Source of the DNA: Strigamia acuminata
Taxonomy: Eukaryota
DNA: 64,000 bases
NCBI GenBank assembly: GCA_949358305.1
Contig: OX442314.1
Location: forward strand, 3,968,001 to 4,032,000
Direction of reading: 5' to 3'
The position numbers and the translations under genes are program-made. Of the stretch, positions 61,901 through 64,000 are shown piece after piece; position 1 is the stretch's first letter, and every line of letters starts with the position of its first letter. The notes beneath the pieces are model-generated. The model searched no databases and was not told the origin of the DNA. It saw only the letters and a list, made by a program, of their open reading frames with translations.

Positions 61901-63236
61901 AGTTTTGAGAAATTGTAGACAGTTTTGAGAAATTGTAGACAGTTTTGAGAAATTGTAGACAGTTTTGAGAAATTGTAGACAGTTTTGAGAAATTGTAGAC
62001 AGTTTTGAGAAATTGTAGACAGTTTTGAGAAATTGTAGACAGTTTTGAGAAATTGTAGACAGTTTTGAGAAATTGTAGACAGTTTTGAGAAATTGTAGAC
62101 AGTTTTGAGAAATTGTAGACAGTTTTGAGAAATTGTAGACAGTTTTGAGAAATTGTAGACAGTTTTGAGAAATTGTAGACAGTTTTGAGAAATTGTAGAC
62201 AGTTTTGAGAAATTGTAGACAGTTTTGAGAAATTGTAGACAGTTTTGAGAAATTGTAGACAGTTTTGAGAAATTGTAGACAGTTTTGAGAAATTGTAGAC
62301 AGTTTTGAGAAATTGTAGACAGTTCGTTTTAAAAAATCTAATTTTTCTTTGGTTCGGGGCCCCAATTTGTTCAAGGGCTCGCACTGCAGCTTATGTGGGT
62401 GTGGTCAAATTGTCATTTAGTTGATTAATCTTTCCAGCTTGTTCGATTAAATACCCCGAGAAGTTCTTGCAGACCAAATGATGAAGTTTTAAGATGTGAA
62501 GAAAACTGCTATGAAAAGATACTCGAGCAACAACCTTTCAATTGCAGGTAACTTGTAATTCATCCACTAATTACTCTGAATCCCATATTGCAATTTACAA
62601 ATCATACATTGTTTGAGTATATTCCTAACAAGCAAACGGAGCAAATTTATTGGTAACAGCAGGTGTATTCAGGTTTCCGTTTCTGTGATTATTGGTGTTT
62701 ATAAACAGTAAAAACAGCAAAAACGCGTAGAGCACCATTCGTTTACTTGTTAGTTTAAAAATTAAACAGTTTAATCGTCTGAAGAAGAACTGTTTCAGAA
62801 CTGTTTAATTTTTAAAAAAAAGGCTTGCCACAACTTTGAAAATGAATGATAATATTGTCATGGCACACTGTATATTTCCAATTAATATTGTTGTATTACT
62901 AGACTTCCATCCATGGATAAGAGTAAATTTCCCCTTTGCCTATCTCAAGACACGGCTAAAACAACTTACGAGACATATTTGAAAACTCTGTTGAAGACAA
63001 ACCCCCGGGAAGACTGTTCCTGCAAAGCATCTTGTCAAGAAACCATCTACAATCCTTCAATTGTCAACAGCTTAGAGCACAACGTATCAGCCTTTGTTTT
63101 GTATATTTTTGAAAATAACATCAGAGAAATAATTGAAGAACAGCAAGATGTTACTATTGTAAAGTTATTGTGTCAGATTGGATCTATTATTGGTATTTTC
63201 ACTGGTTTCTCCTTATTTTCTCTTCTTCAATTTTGA
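52993..63236 (+). CDS. DEG/ENaC (pickpocket/ASIC-like) channel locus with two tandem channel units (~770 aa if the frameshift near 54690 is corrected)
   Basis: Exons 52993-53466, 53542-53614, 53671-53750, 53925-54029, 54348-54436, 54591-55372, 55434-55524, 55578-55657, 55718-55813, 62438-62547 and 62903-63236. Post-TM1 motifs FPYVYL and FPPIIAC, YGMCTAFN, Cys-rich CxCxxxC, and TM2 motifs DIGGNIGLYFGMS and QIGSIIGIFTGFS. AATAAA at ~63264. Confidence 0.75.
54153..54313. mobile_element. Short degenerate MITE in an intron
   Basis: Imperfect TIR GGGCCATCCGTAATTTAC versus GTAATTTAGGGAAGGCCCC. Confidence 0.45.
55844..56205. mobile_element. MITE with TA target duplication in an intron
   Basis: Imperfect ~40-bp TIR CTCTGGCT..AGGTTG.CCTTTCTCCCATTG, flanked by TA on both sides. 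Confidence 0.65.
56529..61419 (-). mobile_element. Full-length Ty3/Gypsy (Mag-like) LTR retrotransposon
   Basis: Identical 183-bp LTRs (56529-56711 and 61237-61419), 5-bp TSD CAGTT, PBS TGGCGACGAG and PPT GAGGGG. Confidence 0.97.
56861..61066 (-). CDS. gag-pol: Intact single Gag-Pol polyprotein (~1400 aa; first ATG at 61051)
   Basis: Two CCHC knuckles, protease IDTGA..LLGRDW, RT YIDD, RNase H VDAS/TDHKPL, and integrase HHCC plus D,D,E (HIDFAGP, HSDNGPQF, NGAVE). Confidence 0.96.
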   Translation of the reverse strand: MLLSTMPNVGTPDKYDPNDDWETYISQMKCVFAVNKVDADADKVNFLLACVGMATFKRITDLARPKDPTTMKYADVVALMQKHQKPKPLAQSAVMRFRSRTRAPNELVGDFAVELQVLTRYCEFGDKLDDELRNQFIWGLNLRNVQETLVLKKDMTFAEALDAASAAELASSDLASFARPTTAVHQVSNSNNNSAAKAKFNSKRQTGGKRFQKSSATSHGKQTPAKHAWDPNSCPSCGGTDHRRSDCKWRHAKCHNCGLDGHLKTVCRKATTTSMPNHAIEPMPRQLTFYAIEPTTNVSTPTVNAVNIRHTKPLVLELLIANTKLGMQIDTGAGATFISRKLYNRYFKEFPLQPLHIQMSSYDGHVMSVDGVCEVPVYYNEKLYCLSLCIASKGAVPLLGRDWLDAFGLLESTKEHMGAVVYALKPVAGAVPTPMAADKLRNRATHAPPPAKPAAPPPIEIAAPSTSTAPHGSVSAQSLSSLKTILSKHKHVFRNEIGRLSTATVSIDVDQNFSPIFLKAYPVPLAIKPDLELELRRLQDLGIITPVASSRWATPIMHVRKTDGTMKIAGCYNRTVNKAVLPCSYPLPLFADVANKLSGGETYSTLDMNHAYNQLELDDKSKDVCTINTHIGLFRVNRLFYGISTAPALFQRTMDGLLADVGNTQPYIDDSAVTGPTNDVHLQNLDNLLATFDANGLTLNESKCKFLQPSVEFLGLRISKQGISPINSKLAPLRNSSRPTDVTSLKSFIGLVNYYGRFVANLSTTLEPLYSLTRDGAKWTWDKQHEAAWQCVRNSVSTESALTHYDQKKPVYLTVDASPVGVGAFLSHVDNAGVHHPIAFASSLLSAAQRNYAQIEREGYAIVYGIRKFHHYLFGRRFLLRTDHKPLVSIFGDKKGCNQVVAARLHRWAVFLSAYDYEISHVPASDNAIADGLSRNPQPLVDATEDLEIGAIEIFSSSLHQFPVSAASLQASYENDALLQTVLECTRTGWQQHTPETAPFYKHRDSFSVFNNYLFLFDRLVVPVGLRAAILAELHAGHYGIVRTKSLARATVWWPGIDADVERTVRLCDACQRALPDPPRTSDIRWPIPDEVWGRIHIDFAGPFHNKMFLLAIDAKSKWCEIRAMSTTTAAATVAVLKEWFCQHGLPIHVHSDNGPQFTASEFQQFLAENGVRHTFSPPYHPATNGAVEGFVKTFKNQMDKLIKLNFSLIEALLQFLFSYRSTPHATLRKSPAEVFTQRQLRSRLHLLNPRLLPDITVADTARNFEAGDPVFVRDYRHGEKWVPAIILEKISSTTYKVEVATTVVWSRHIDQIRKRLVIGKPIPMGEENFQEPPFNFPASLTTTPPPPTPGPAIVQPNVAAHVPRSPPRPPTPPPLPQQPARSPRPQRARTQTKFYGFPDA

Positions 63237-63834
63237 TTGCCTTTAATTCCATGGGTTTAAAATAATAAAATGTTGCTTACCTTATAACTGGATGCATTCA
63301 ATTTGTACTGTAAATGCACTAATAGAATGTGACGTGTCCTTTACAACGCAGGTCTAAATCAAACTAAATTGAACAAAACGACTACAATAAATGTCTAAAT
63401 TGATCAAAAACACAAAAAAATCATGGGGGAAATTTAAGTTTTAAGAAAAAAACACCTGCATTTTTTAAAGCATCAAGAGTTAGTGGTTAAGCCACTTCTG
63501 CAGTGTTTTACAGTGAAGTTTTACTCCCTTTATTGCACTCTTGCAGATCCTCTTTTATTATCATCCTTCTTACTGTGTGTGACCTCCTGAAAATTACGTA
63601 AACCAATCATCAGGGTGCTCACGTTGTTTCTCCCTATGCAAACAAAGCATTGTAGTTTCAAACGTAGATAGAATGTAACCATCTTTCAGCTGCTGCTTCA
63701 CATCTCAACATTTAACATTTCAAACCATTTTTTCTCAAAACTTTTCAGTAAGAAATAATTTTTTTAAGAACAGTTCTAGACTAATTAGATGGTTCTCTAC
63801 AACTTTGTCATTGACTTTTTTGCTCTAACCTGAT

Positions 63835-64000
63835 TGATTTAGAAGTTAGCAATTGAATGACCTTGAAAATGACCTTGAAGGTCAAATTTGATGTCATCAT
63901 TGGATTGCTCTCACCCAACTTCCTATACGATCGCTTCATCAAAGTTGGCCTAGATGCAATTGCTCACAAAATATTTAGGGGGGTTAAGACTTTTGGGACA
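63835..64000. mobile_element. Probable fragment of a Helentron/HINE-like repeat, running off the window edge
   Basis: TGACCTTGAAAATGACCTTGAAGGTCAA motif resembles such elements; ends not visible. Confidence 0.3.

Larger units (their letters stand above)
56358..62324. repeat. Homogeneous 20-bp tandem array (AGACAGTTTTGAGAAATTGT) at 56358-56528 and 61420-62324, split by the Gypsy element
   Basis: About 8 and about 45 essentially identical copies. Confidence 0.95.

Noticed and set aside
56358..62324. Regular short repeats as a CRISPR array
   Set aside because: Head-to-tail identical units with no spacers and no cas genes, in a eukaryotic intron
61377..62384. 335-aa and 326-aa repetitive ORFs
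   Set aside because: Translations of the stop-free 20-bp satellite

Overview
This is metazoan, probably arthropod, genomic DNA; the species cannot be identified from sequence alone. The left half (1-31 kb) is gene-dense, with GC-rich exons and AT-rich introns that often contain tandem repeats. It carries the 5' end of Sos (-), an 813-aa low-complexity ORF (-), Nova/pasilla (+, with up to three candidate first exons), a small 3-exon gene (+), SCYL1/yata (-) and an RNF216-like RBR ligase (-). The right half is AT-rich and transposon-dense. It holds a degenerate RNF216 partial copy, a CACTA-like non-autonomous element, and a 14.5-kb LTR element containing a nested Gypsy element and a hAT transposon. 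Removing those inserts restores two ~900-1000-aa ORFs with no recognisable RT or protease. A DEG/ENaC (pickpocket-like) locus appears to encode two channel units joined in one reading frame; it has one frameshift in unit 1 and an intact Gypsy element inside an intronic 20-bp satellite. Exon boundaries and counts were read by eye and no database searches were run.
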